From NCBI GenBank assembly GCA_037200925.1, contig JBBCGO010000001.1:447698-511697 (forward strand): DNA of 64,000 nt, read 5' to 3'. The stretch's first letter is position 1; each line of letters opens with the position of its first letter. Positions 1 to 9,952 of this stretch are shown piece after piece. A program made the position numbers and the translations under genes. The DNA comes from Candidatus Doudnabacteria bacterium. GTDB lineage: Bacteria; Patescibacteriota; Doudnabacteria; UBA920; O2-02-FULL-48-8. A model generated the notes under the pieces. That model was not told the DNA's origin. It made no database searches and saw nothing but the letters and a program-made list of their open reading frames with translations.

Positions 1-1118
1 ATAAAATCCAAGACCTGCTTATCAATCACGTCCGCTTTCACAATCGGTTGTTTGCAACTCTTATTCTCTTTCCTAAATTTACAACCATAGGCCAAATACT
101 CGCCGTTCTTCCACTTGTAATATTGGGCATACATCTTTGGCAGCATTCTGGCGTTAGGGTCATTCTCCTTGCCCTTAAGCTCTTTATAGCTGTAGTAGCA
201 ATATACCAACCCTTGCAGTAAATAAAATCTATGTTGAGCAACTGGCCGCCCAAAAGTATTCCTGCGGCCAGCTATGGCATCCTGCACCTTATCAAACAAC
301 TTTTGCGAAATTATAGCTGGGTGAATACCTTTTATCGTCGGGTAATTTTTCTTCCGAGAAAATACCATACCAAGGTAAACTTTATTGCTTAGGATGTCTT
401 TAATAGTGCTATAAGTATAGGGTCGGCCAGATTTAGTCCGTGCCTTTGCTTTATTCATTTCAACGGCTACATCCGCATACGAATACCGGCCGGTCGCATA
501 TAATAAATATATTTTCTTTACGTTCTTTGCTCCGAGAGGATCAATCCGCCATTCTGGATCATAAATCGGCCGTCCTTTTTCTTTATCAAAGCCGATTTTC
601 TTTTTCGTGTATCCCGCTGGCGGATTGCCAGTCTGTTTGCCTTGTGTGCGTTTCTCCATCAAAGAGTTCCTGACCCAAAAGCTGATCTGTCTTGAAGTGT
701 GCTCATCAAATAATTCGTTAATCCCCTCGTTTAGAAAAGAACTCGGATCATTCCAGTCATTACCAAAGTTCTGGGTTACTGATGTTACATCAATACCCAG
801 TTTCTTCCTAAGCAATTCTTTGTAATGCCTGGCTTCTTTGACATTGCGAGCAAACCGAGAGGTGTGATAAACCAAGATGACTTCAAACTTGTGTAGCATC
901 GCATCCGTAATCATCCTTTGGAAATCGTCTCGCTTCAAAGCATCCGTGCCTGACACCAAATCCTTATACCACTCCACGATTTGAATGTTGTGTTCACTGG
1001 CGAACTTCTCAATTGATCGCCTTTGGTTATCAGGCGAAAAACCCTTATCCTGCTCCTCAGTACTTTCGCGGATATAAGCAATGCCTGTTTTCAGTTTTAG
1101 AGAGGGTTTTTTAATCAT
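1..1118 (-). CDS. Large serine recombinase. The N-terminus is complete (ATG at 1118-1116); the C-terminus runs off the window start.
   Basis: Manual minus-strand translation from 1118 gives MIKKPSLKLKNGIAYIRESTEEQDKGFSPDNQRRSIEKFASEHNIQ..., i.e. the resolvase catalytic motif (IAYIRxSTEEQ with the Ser nucleophile). A downstream region is recombinase/zinc-ribbon-like (YLLQGLVYC...C). The ORF track lists no stop-bounded ORF for this frame, consistent with the ORF running off the edge. Confidence 0.8.
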   Translation of the reverse strand, partial: MIKKPSLKLKTGIAYIRESTEEQDKGFSPDNQRRSIEKFASEHNIQIVEWYKDLVSGTDALKRDDFQRMITDAMLHKFEVILVYHTSRFARNVKEARHYKELLRKKLGIDVTSVTQNFGNDWNDPSSFLNEGINELFDEHTSRQISFWVRNSLMEKRTQGKQTGNPPAGYTKKKIGFDKEKGRPIYDPEWRIDPLGAKNVKKIYLLYATGRYSYADVAVEMNKAKARTKSGRPYTYSTIKDILSNKVYLGMVFSRKKNYPTIKGIHPAIISQKLFDKVQDAIAGRRNTFGRPVAQHRFYLLQGLVYCYYSYKELKGKENDPNARMLPKMYAQYYKWKNGEYLAYGCKFRKENKSCKQPIVKADVIDKQVLDF

Positions 1119-1129
1119 AACTAATTAAC

Positions 1130-2182
1130 TTACAGTTTTCTGTATCGGGTAGCACTACCCATACCCAACCGTTCTATTTTCTTAAATTTCAATAACTTGT
1201 CCAATACTTGATTAACTGTCGGCCGAGCGACTTTAGCTTTTTTGCTAATCTCTTGGGGAGTGGCCTCGTCTACAGTTTGCAGATACTTCCAGACCAATAT
1301 CTGCTTGGGTGAGAGTAGTTTCTCTATGTCTTCTTTATTGAGCAAGCCAATGGCTATTTTTGACTGCTTAAGCAGTATGTCAAAGAAGAACTCCAACCAC
1401 GGGGTTATATCTTCTCTCTTGCTCTTAGCTGTCTGTTGGCTCTTTCTTAAGGCAATATAGTATTCTGATTTATTATCCTCGATCAATTTTTCGTGGGAGA
1501 CATAAGGCATATAGACAAACCCTTCTTTCAAAAGAAGTAAATTTGTAAGGACACGGGAAAGACGGCCGTTGCCATCTTGGAACGGATGAATGTTCAGAAA
1601 TTCTACAAGGAAGTTGCCGATCACAAGTAGCGGATTATATTTCTTAATTTTGAGCTGGGTTTCTGTCCAATCTACTAATTCTTGCATTTCTTTCGGTGTT
1701 AAGTATGCGGGAGTGGGATTAAATAAAGTTGCAACGAAATTACCTTGAGCATCCGTCATATCAACTCTATTCTCGCCTTTTTTATAATCGCCCTTATGAC
1801 CCTGATCTTTTTCGACATACTTAAGCAGCTCGTTATGCAAATGCTTAATTGAGCTTTCGGACAATTTTATTGTCTGCCAAGCATCAAAAACATTATTTAG
1901 CAGATCAAAGTATCCCTGCACTTCTTGTTTATCTCTCGACGCAAACTTCTTCATTCCCAAACCACGAATGAATTTCTCGACATCTTCATCAGTTAGTTTA
2001 GAGCCCTCAATACGGGTCGAGGCTCCTGTGGAGGTGATTAAAACCCATTTCTTAAGCCTGCCTAACAACTGTGGGCTCAATTGTGCCCCTGATGTCCAGC
2101 GACCCTTAAGATCGTCAATTTGGGCGATTTTAGCCCAAATAGCATCCGGTATGTTACTAAGGCGTTTATCGAAGTTTTTCAT
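1130..2182 (-). CDS. Fic/Doc family protein with a C-terminal winged-helix-like region
   Basis: Canonical Fic motif HPFQDGNGRLSR (HxFx[DE]GNGRxxR) in the 350-aa ORF. Confidence 0.85.
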   Translation of the reverse strand: MKNFDKRLSNIPDAIWAKIAQIDDLKGRWTSGAQLSPQLLGRLKKWVLITSTGASTRIEGSKLTDEDVEKFIRGLGMKKFASRDKQEVQGYFDLLNNVFDAWQTIKLSESSIKHLHNELLKYVEKDQGHKGDYKKGENRVDMTDAQGNFVATLFNPTPAYLTPKEMQELVDWTETQLKIKKYNPLLVIGNFLVEFLNIHPFQDGNGRLSRVLTNLLLLKEGFVYMPYVSHEKLIEDNKSEYYIALRKSQQTAKSKREDITPWLEFFFDILLKQSKIAIGLLNKEDIEKLLSPKQILVWKYLQTVDEATPQEISKKAKVARPTVNQVLDKLLKFKKIERLGMGSATRYRKL

Positions 2183-2414
2183 AGTTATTTAGCTAATATA
2201 ATGATATATATAAGATTATATACGATATATAAAATAAAGTCAAATTGTACTCCCGCTTGTAATGCTTGAGGAGTTCATCATTTTCGATTGTTAGATTTAT
2301 CATAATTTCAATTTTATTAATAGCTTGAATTTGAATTCTAAATAAAAACAGCCTTTCGGCCGCCATTTATTGCGAATCACGAAATTAAATATGTAATTCT
2401 AGCCTTTTCAGCAT

Positions 2415-3371
2415 TTAAGATAATTCGAACAATTGATTCGCTATCCCAAGTAGCTCGTCTTTCTTGGCTACATTATCAAACCATTTTTTAGGAATTCCGC
2501 CAATTCCGTAATATGCTCCGGCAAGTTGTCCGTATATTGCTCCCGTGGTATCAGCGTCATCCCCAAGATTGATTGCCTTGAGTACTCCGTCTTCAAAGAA
2601 TTCCGAGTTATAAAACGCCCACAAAGCCGCTTCCATAGATTTAACTACAAATCCACTCCCTTCTATAAAAGGCGGATCATGATGTTTGAAAGAACCACGG
2701 GCAATATTTTCTATTTCTGATGTGAGTTGATTATTTTTCCAGAAATCTGGAATCGGAGAATATAAATCAGACAATAATTCTTCTTTCGAAACCCCATTTA
2801 ATGCCCCGATAATAAGTCCGGTGTAATATTTGCAAGCATCAGAACATAACTGAGAGCCATGGGTAATTTTTGAGCTTAATCCAGCATTTTTTACTGCTTG
2901 CTCTGGATTACTTCTAAAATACAAAGGTATTGGAGCAAGTCGCATAAGACTTCCATTTCCGTCAGAATTTCGAGAAGAAATCGCCACATACGGATCGTCT
3001 CCATTTCGGTATGTCAGGAGCGCTCTAAGTATTGTTTGGCCGACACCAATAGCCTTTCCTGAGCTTGAACAGTATCCTGTTTCAAGCCATTTTTTATATT
3101 TTTCAATTTGATCAACAGGATCAAAAGATTTTTTCTCGATTAAACTGTTTGCAAGACATAATGCCATAGCAGTATCGTCAGACCAATGACCAGCGGGTAA
3201 ATCAAACCAATCAGAATCTCTAAAATCAGTTATAGGTTCAAATTCGCCAACTGCTTTAAATTCTGCGGGAACTCCGAGGGCATCGCCAATTGCTAAACCA
3301 AACAAGGAGCCATGATATTTTTCCAATAGCTCCTTTCGCACAAGAATTTTTTGTTTTGATTCGATTTCCAT
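2415..3371 (-). CDS. ADP-ribosylglycohydrolase family protein (DraG/ARH-like)
   Basis: Motifs GDALG, HWSDDT, GNGSLMR and DDADTTGAIYGQLAGAYYG are typical of the ADP-ribosylglycohydrolase fold. Confidence 0.85.
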   Translation of the reverse strand: MEIESKQKILVRKELLEKYHGSLFGLAIGDALGVPAEFKAVGEFEPITDFRDSDWFDLPAGHWSDDTAMALCLANSLIEKKSFDPVDQIEKYKKWLETGYCSSSGKAIGVGQTILRALLTYRNGDDPYVAISSRNSDGNGSLMRLAPIPLYFRSNPEQAVKNAGLSSKITHGSQLCSDACKYYTGLIIGALNGVSKEELLSDLYSPIPDFWKNNQLTSEIENIARGSFKHHDPPFIEGSGFVVKSMEAALWAFYNSEFFEDGVLKAINLGDDADTTGAIYGQLAGAYYGIGGIPKKWFDNVAKKDELLGIANQLFELS

Positions 3372-3372
3372 A

Positions 3373-4961
3373 TTATTTTAATTTAGAAAAAAACTTCCAA
3401 ATCGCAAACATACCATAAGTGTCTAGTTTACAATATTCCAACATCTGACTTTCCTTTTCTTTCGCCATCTCCCCAACTAATTCACCTTTAGTTATTTGTC
3501 GATAAGCCTCGATAGCATCGGTACCATTTTGTACACCAAGTGTTTCATAGGATAAATCTGAAGCCCCTGTTAGTTTGGCGACTATTGGCAAGACTTTTTT
3601 AATTGAGGCTCTGCCTTCAAATCCTGGATGTACGTAATGTTGATCCTCAACTATATCCATCAAATCGTATGTTCTTTCAACTACCTTAAGAAAAAAATCT
3701 TTATATTCTGGTAAAAAAATTGCAAGTTCGCGATTTCGTGTATTTTCGAATTTTTTAGACCACGAAATAACCGTTCCCTTATTACCGATATGTTCTCGTA
3801 AATTCTTCGCGATACGCTCAGAGGGCTCTCCATCTAAGATTAGACATTCGAAATGAGTAGGCTCTGAATTCTCGTCATTTAGAACATGTAACGAATATTG
3901 AAAAACAATTTGTTGGTAGGGACGATATCCGCTATACGGAGGGATGGCAGTTGGATATGTTTCATAGTCGAGAAAATAAAGAGGAAATACAAGCGAATCG
4001 AGTTCGGTCTTGATCGACTTAATATCAATCAATGGTTCTTGAGATTTATGAACCATGATTTGATTTAGTTTTCTTGGTTTACTAGGTTTTTCATTTTTTT
4101 TTGATTCTTTGGGCTTTAATCTATCGTCTATTGGCACATTGCCAATTTCCAGTATACCCTCATTAAGTAACTCCTCTAGATATCTCTTACTATTTCCAAT
4201 TCTATTTAAATCATGAACGCTGTATCTAGGTACGCTCGGGTTGATATAAGAAAACGCTGTGCAATGAGCACTGCGACCCCTATAGTAACAAGGGCATGGA
4301 ACCGAAGGCATTTTTTTACTTAATAAATAGTTTTGGGCCTGCTCCATTTCTTCTACGGCAATTGGTTTCAAGCGTTCTATCGCCTCGGTCTTATCCTCGA
4401 TGATGAAAAGTTGACCTGGTGTGAAATCTAGCTCGCCTTTTCTAATGTATGCTCGATTGAGACGGACAAGATATTTTTTATCCAATGGTACTCCACATGC
4501 TTCAAGAACATTCGCCTGGAAAGCAAGGTCATATTCGTATTGAAGTTCTCTTTTTTATTAACTCTCTTAGGTTTTCCCTCGTCTTCTTCATCATCCTCTT
4601 CGGTTGATGACATTTTTATTTCATATATTTCGTATTTCTGAATTGAATCGTTCCATTTCAGGACGTCGGCAGCAGCAACGTATCTATCAGTCGCAAAAAC
4701 AGCCTGATAAATTACAGGTGTTCGCTCCGTAATAAGTTTTTGAGTCAATTCTTGAGCACCTTCGCTCCGCCTCTCAACGAGATAACCCCCAGGAAACATT
4801 CCCCGTGCTAATTCTTCTACCTCATTGCCCATCACAGCTAACGATTTCTCGAAATCCGATACTTCAAACTTTGCATACTCTTTAGACTCATGTCTTTTTA
4901 CCCAAACGTTGTTTGGACACTCTCGGTAGAGAATAAAATCAGTTTTTGTAAGGAGTGCCAT
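3373..4961 (-). pseudogene. DUF2779/Cas4-like PD-(D/E)xK nuclease-like gene, split into two overlapping ORFs (4428..4961 and 3373..4485) by a +/-1 frameshift in an A6 run near 4549-4554
   Basis: The N-terminal ORF has a Cas4/RecB-like start (TDFILYRECPNNVW). The C-terminal ORF has FLDYETY (DUF2779-like). The frame upstream of the second ORF reads ...KRELQYEYDLAFQANVLEACGVPLDKKYLV, which is continuous with the first ORF after a 1-nt change in the aaaaaa tract. Confidence 0.55.
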
Positions 4962-4966
4962 AAATG

Positions 4967-7900
4967 TTAAGCGTTACGCGTGCCTTTGCAATAAGGAAAA
5001 CGAGAGCACCCATAAAACTTTCCTCTCCGGCTGTTTCTCAAGACCATACGTGAATTACAGCGAGGACATAACGAATCAGTTAGGACAGGCGCTGGTCTAG
5101 GTATGGATGTTGTTGTCAGGCGTGTACTGAGGTTTTTGCACGCATTGCAAAATCTCCCATAGCCAGTAATCAAATCAGCATCTTTGAAATCAATTAATGG
5201 CTTTACTTCTTTGCATCTTGGGCATTCCCTAATATCACCATTTTGGAGTCCTTCTATAGTGCCTTGTATATTTGCAAGAAGTGAGTTGGCATTCTCTGGA
5301 TTTTTAAGTAATCGCGCAATTCTATCATCAAGGCTCGCAATCGGGTTTTTCCCACTGTTGAACTTATTGATTCTTAAAAATTTATAGCCATAACTTTCTA
5401 ATACTTTCTGGCGGTATACGTCATCATTGGAGTAGTAGTGCTCATAGTTGAATTCGTTGACTTCATCTGCATCTTTGAAGTGTTCTAAGAAACCATCGTA
5501 CTCAATGATGATTTTGTGTTCCTTGTGTCGCTCATCGGTATAGATAAGATGAAAATCAACCTCGTATGCTGGATGAGTGTAGGTGGGGTCTAGTTGTTTT
5601 AGATATTTTCCTATTTCAAACTGTGGCATAAATTCAATTGAATCTTTGTGCTGTTTCCAAAATTTCGTTTGATAAAACCAATTTAGCACTTCTGGCTCTT
5701 TTTTAGAGTTTGGATCTGTCTCGGAAACGCCGTGCTCTTTTCGCGCTTCGTCCAACATATATTTATAGTGTCTTAACGCTTCTCCAGCAGAGCCGGTGAA
5801 GTCCTCCAGGGGCTTGCTCAATACGAAATGGACGCACTCTTTGGCACGACTAAAGCCCACATTCAAACGCTGCGCTTTTAGTTGCCCGTCCTCTTCAACA
5901 TCTACCTTGCTTAAATCCTTAATGAATACGCCCCAGAGCTTATCGCTGTGTGGAGAGGCTACCATTGAGTAGTAGATGATGTCGCGTTCTTCTCCCTGGC
6001 AGGTGTCGAACGTCATTATCTTGAGTTTCAGCTTGTCCTGGAAATAATCCCACTCTGGCATTTTGCCAATCATTTCTACCAGGAGCTTCTGCTGATTTGT
6101 GTGTGGTGTGATAATACCCACGCTCACGACTTTATCTTCATCCTTTAACCGTTTAAGTTCAGAGATGATAAACTCAACTTCTTTAACATTAGTGTTAGGA
6201 TAGCGTTCATCTGCTGTCGTGGTCTCAACATACGAAAATTTTATTACTTCGTCTATGGATTTCCCGCGAATCTTCATCACTTGCAAACTTTCCTGATAGA
6301 AATACTTGTTTGAATAGGAAATGATTTCTTTATAACCTCTAAAGTGTTTCAGCAATTGGATATTGTAGTTGCTGACGAACTCAAAGAACTCAAGAATAGA
6401 AGTCTTGATGTTGAATTTTTTGAGTCTTTCCAATTTTATTGGATCGGTGGAGACGTTAGCTCTAAAATTAGCATTCAATCCGTTCAGGTACTCACGGTTA
6501 GTATCTCCGCGCGCTTGTGCCGCTTTGATGTTACTAAATTGTTTTTTGTCTCCTAGAATCAGCACTTTCTTTGCCCGCAAGAGGGCAGGAAATGCTTGGG
6601 CAATGCTTACCTGTGAGGCTTCATCAATCACCACTAAATCAAATAATCCTGGCTCTAGTGGTATATACTCAGCGTAGTCCCTAATGCCTGCCAATATGCA
6701 CGGAAAAGCCTCTTTGAGCTTCTTAAACTCATCTCTCGGGAATTTCTGTTTATTCTTTATGATATTCTTTAATGTTTGGGCATCGTTGCGATTGTTTTCA
6801 CAAAAATCAATTAGCTGTCCATCGAGAAGGTATGTTACTTGAGTAGTAACCAAATCTTCAATTTGCCTCATACGAGCGGCGTAGTTCAACTCGAGAATGT
6901 TGGAAAAATCTTTGCTCACTTTTTGCTTTAGGTTCAAGTATCTAATCTGTTTATCAAATTCTAGTTCATCACCGTCCGTAATCGCGTTGCTTATCACTGT
7001 GGCGAACTGTTCGGTATTGATACCAATCTTTTTTGCTGTCTTCGGATATTTCTCAACAATCTCTTTGAGATACCCTACCTTCTCACTCAGAGCGACGATT
7101 TCTTGAACGCCCAGTATAATCGCCTCATCAGTAAGGAGCTTGTGAGCCATCGCGATGAAATCGTAGTCACCTACATTTTTTCCATTTATTTCGTCACCAA
7201 GTTTTTGAGCATAACTAAAAATCTCTTGTATGTCTTTAAGTTCCTGGAGTTGTTCGTGGGGATTGGAGATCATGCTGTGAATAAAGGTTTGCTTGAAACT
7301 AATATCCAATTCTTCTGCTCGTTTTTTACTAAACAGATATCCGACTGCCCAAAGTTTCAGCTTTGAATACTGCTCGATGAAATATTGGAGTTTCTCTAAA
7401 TCTTTTGAGTCAAACTGTGAGAACTTACTGATAGCGTCAATTTTATTATAAAATGTCGCCTTTACTTTCTGTATACTTTCAAGGGCCAGCATTAATAAAC
7501 GCAAGAAATTTTCGGAGTCATCTAGTGTTCGTATACTTTTAGGGGTTACCTCAAGAAGCTCAAAAAACTTCTGCGTGACATTAGAAGTGAAAACGTTTTT
7601 AATTTGCTGCAGTGAGCTTCGTAACTCTCCAAGTTCGATGGCCACTTCGTCTTGTGGAGCCAACTCTTCAAAATCGAAAAATAAAACTTTTTCACTAAAA
7701 TAAAGTTCCAAATCAAAAAATTCTTGGATTTCTTTGATGTTTATATTCTCATAAGCAACCATCTCCGCTTCCAAGTCTTCTTTTAGAGAATTTCCAGATT
7801 TGATAATGGTTTCTTCTATATTCTCATAGTCATTTTTTACTGCGCGATGATAAGTTTTTATTCTATCGATGGCACTTTGAGCGAGAATTGAATTATAAGT

Positions 7901-9526
7901 ATTGCCGGTTTTTCCAAGTCTTAAAATTGGGTTCTGAAAGTTTTCATCATTGCGAACCTTATTCATCGTCTGGGTAATTTTGTCTTCGACGACGTCCAGC
8001 GCTTCCTTTTTATCGGAAAGAACCAATACCGATTGGTTTTTCAAAATTGCATCGAAAATAATAGCGGTAATGGTATGACTTTTTCCCGTTCCTGGCGGCC
8101 CCGAAACTACTAAATAGTTGCAGCCTTCTTTATTAATTGCAGATAGGATTTGCCGCTGCTCGCTATTGAGTGGTATTGGACTTGGGTAGACAAGCTTATC
8201 TGCTGTTTCTGTACCGTCCCATTCACCCTCAACTTCCGGATTGAAAGGCTGAGGATTATTTCTAATAAAGTCGTCTATCAGTTTATTAAAAATTTCTGCA
8301 AGATTGCCACCTTCTAGGCTTAACATCTGGAGGATTTCTTCGTAGTCATTAACCAACGCTTCGTCCGACTTATCAAATAAACAGATGTAACTGCTGTTAG
8401 AAATACGCACAGACGCGCCACGGGCGATTGTAGATTCACCGCTTGAAAATTCCGACGTACCTTCAAGTCCAAAAAAATGAGACATTTCATTTAGAACATC
8501 GTTGATGATTTGAGGGAAATCATCTTTGTGTTGAGACAAATAGATAATGCGATCTGAAATAGTCTGTAAGCTGCCCGTGGTCCCTTTTTGGGTATTGTGC
8601 TCTTGAACTACGAACTCAAGAGCCTTTTTATTAATATATACCTGTGAATCGAAGTCGATACTTAAGGTGTCTCCTTCTCGTTTAGTTGAAAAAGGGATAT
8701 AGAAAATCGGGTACTTACTGTTATTGAAAGAAATATCTCCAAAGTAAAGATAAAATTCTTGCTTATCCAAAATGCTTTTGTTACGCTCCATCTCGAAAAG
8801 TTCCAAAAACAAATCAGCAACTTGGAGATTCTCAAAAAAGGAAGTGAGGTTGCCTTTTACGTCTTGTGGAATGAATACTGATTTGAGTTCTTTTGTGAGA
8901 TTAACCTTCTCTTGAGCAATAATAAGATTCAATACTTCTGAAATTTTGTTCTCCAACAACCGAAGTATGACTGCGGTCAACTCTTCTTCAATAAGATAAA
9001 TATTGTCTTCGTCGCCTAGGTTAAGATTTTGCAAGGGCTTCTCAACGCTTTCAACAAAAGGGTGCACCAGTGCACTACGAATAATCTTTGAGGCTTCTTC
9101 AAGAGAGTTAGTAAGAGCAACGTCGTACTCTTTTGCATATAAAGTGCCCGCCTTCTCTATTTCATCAGCGACTTTTTCAGTAATGCCAGCGATTTCTGTA
9201 TTACTGATTTTACCTATTTGGAGCTTGATTAAATCAAGTAAATTTTTAGGAAGGTTTGTTTTATAAACCCCCTTCTCAATTTTATTCAGAATGTCTTCAT
9301 CAAAACTTTTGCTAATAAGTTTTGATGTTAGCTTGCTGAAAGAAGGGTACTTTTGAAGATTCAAACCAATTAGTAAATTGTCATTGTTCCGAAACTCGAT
9401 AGCCCGACGAGGGAGCTTATGTTTATGGAAATCCGTCTCCAAGAAATCCATAAAATACTTAGCAACCTCTTTGATAAATAAGAGGCCATTTTGTTCGACT
9501 TTTTGAATTAATGTTGCTGGTTTCAT
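4967..9526 (-). CDS. Giant multidomain protein (1519 aa): N-terminal region of unknown function, SF1 (Upf1/DNA2-like) helicase core, DUF559/Vsr-like endonuclease domain, and two C-terminal topoisomerase-type C4 zinc ribbons
   Basis: Walker A VVSGPPGTGKSHT. Motif II VVIDEASQV. Motif VI-like VGFSRAKE. Vsr/DUF559-like IIIEYDGFLEH. CPRC...C..C twice, the second being CPRCNSRMVLRNSRRGKFYGCSRFPYC (zf-C4_Topoisom-like). Confidence 0.85.
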   Translation of the reverse strand: MKPATLIQKVEQNGLLFIKEVAKYFMDFLETDFHKHKLPRRAIEFRNNDNLLIGLNLQKYPSFSKLTSKLISKSFDEDILNKIEKGVYKTNLPKNLLDLIKLQIGKISNTEIAGITEKVADEIEKAGTLYAKEYDVALTNSLEEASKIIRSALVHPFVESVEKPLQNLNLGDEDNIYLIEEELTAVILRLLENKISEVLNLIIAQEKVNLTKELKSVFIPQDVKGNLTSFFENLQVADLFLELFEMERNKSILDKQEFYLYFGDISFNNSKYPIFYIPFSTKREGDTLSIDFDSQVYINKKALEFVVQEHNTQKGTTGSLQTISDRIIYLSQHKDDFPQIINDVLNEMSHFFGLEGTSEFSSGESTIARGASVRISNSSYICLFDKSDEALVNDYEEILQMLSLEGGNLAEIFNKLIDDFIRNNPQPFNPEVEGEWDGTETADKLVYPSPIPLNSEQRQILSAINKEGCNYLVVSGPPGTGKSHTITAIIFDAILKNQSVLVLSDKKEALDVVEDKITQTMNKVRNDENFQNPILRLGKTGNTYNSILAQSAIDRIKTYHRAVKNDYENIEETIIKSGNSLKEDLEAEMVAYENINIKEIQEFFDLELYFSEKVLFFDFEELAPQDEVAIELGELRSSLQQIKNVFTSNVTQKFFELLEVTPKSIRTLDDSENFLRLLMLALESIQKVKATFYNKIDAISKFSQFDSKDLEKLQYFIEQYSKLKLWAVGYLFSKKRAEELDISFKQTFIHSMISNPHEQLQELKDIQEIFSYAQKLGDEINGKNVGDYDFIAMAHKLLTDEAIILGVQEIVALSEKVGYLKEIVEKYPKTAKKIGINTEQFATVISNAITDGDELEFDKQIRYLNLKQKVSKDFSNILELNYAARMRQIEDLVTTQVTYLLDGQLIDFCENNRNDAQTLKNIIKNKQKFPRDEFKKLKEAFPCILAGIRDYAEYIPLEPGLFDLVVIDEASQVSIAQAFPALLRAKKVLILGDKKQFSNIKAAQARGDTNREYLNGLNANFRANVSTDPIKLERLKKFNIKTSILEFFEFVSNYNIQLLKHFRGYKEIISYSNKYFYQESLQVMKIRGKSIDEVIKFSYVETTTADERYPNTNVKEVEFIISELKRLKDEDKVVSVGIITPHTNQQKLLVEMIGKMPEWDYFQDKLKLKIMTFDTCQGEERDIIYYSMVASPHSDKLWGVFIKDLSKVDVEEDGQLKAQRLNVGFSRAKECVHFVLSKPLEDFTGSAGEALRHYKYMLDEARKEHGVSETDPNSKKEPEVLNWFYQTKFWKQHKDSIEFMPQFEIGKYLKQLDPTYTHPAYEVDFHLIYTDERHKEHKIIIEYDGFLEHFKDADEVNEFNYEHYYSNDDVYRQKVLESYGYKFLRINKFNSGKNPIASLDDRIARLLKNPENANSLLANIQGTIEGLQNGDIRECPRCKEVKPLIDFKDADLITGYGRFCNACKNLSTRLTTTSIPRPAPVLTDSLCPRCNSRMVLRNSRRGKFYGCSRFPYCKGTRNA

Positions 9527-9536
9527 TTTATTGGGA

Positions 9537-9716
9537 TTACTTGTTGCGAAGATTAGAGTTTCTTTTTAGGAACTCCTCAATCTCTATTTTATTAATACGC
9601 CAGTGCCCGACTTTCGTTGCCTCAAGCTTCTTACTCTGGATATAGCGAAAAACGGTCTTATAGCTAAGGCCCAGTTTCTTTGCCGTTTGTTCTATTGTTA
9701 GATAGTCTTTTGTCAT
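9537..9716 (-). CDS. Excisionase-type HTH DNA-binding protein (HTH_17 family), 59 aa, not in the ORF track because it is under 60 aa
   Basis: Manual translation gives MTKDYLTIEQTAKKLGLSYKTVFRYIQSKKLEATKVGHWRINKIEIEEFLKRNSNLRNK, matching the excisionase/MerR-like HTH_17 pattern (...KVGRxWRI...). The stop lies 10 nt upstream of the helicase start. Confidence 0.6.
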   Translation of the reverse strand: MTKDYLTIEQTAKKLGLSYKTVFRYIQSKKLEATKVGHWRINKIEIEEFLKRNSNLRNK

Positions 9717-9952
9717 AGTTAATTACTATACACCATCTGTCCAAAATTGTCAATAATTGTCCAATTTGTCCAGCAACCGGCCGTGATACTAATATTTGCT
9801 ATAAAAACCGTATTGAATTGAGACCGATATTTACTATGCCTTAGTGTCATTCCTGACAGCAGTATTTGCGTAATACTTAGGGCGGGTGGATTTGAGATGA
9901 ATTTATGATTTGGTTGCTTGTTACTGATAGAAGCGGATGATACTAATAATTG

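Noticed and set aside
38-253. 71-aa ORF on the minus strand
   Set aside because: It lies inside, and out of frame with, the serine recombinase ORF that runs off the window edge. It has an implausible sequence.
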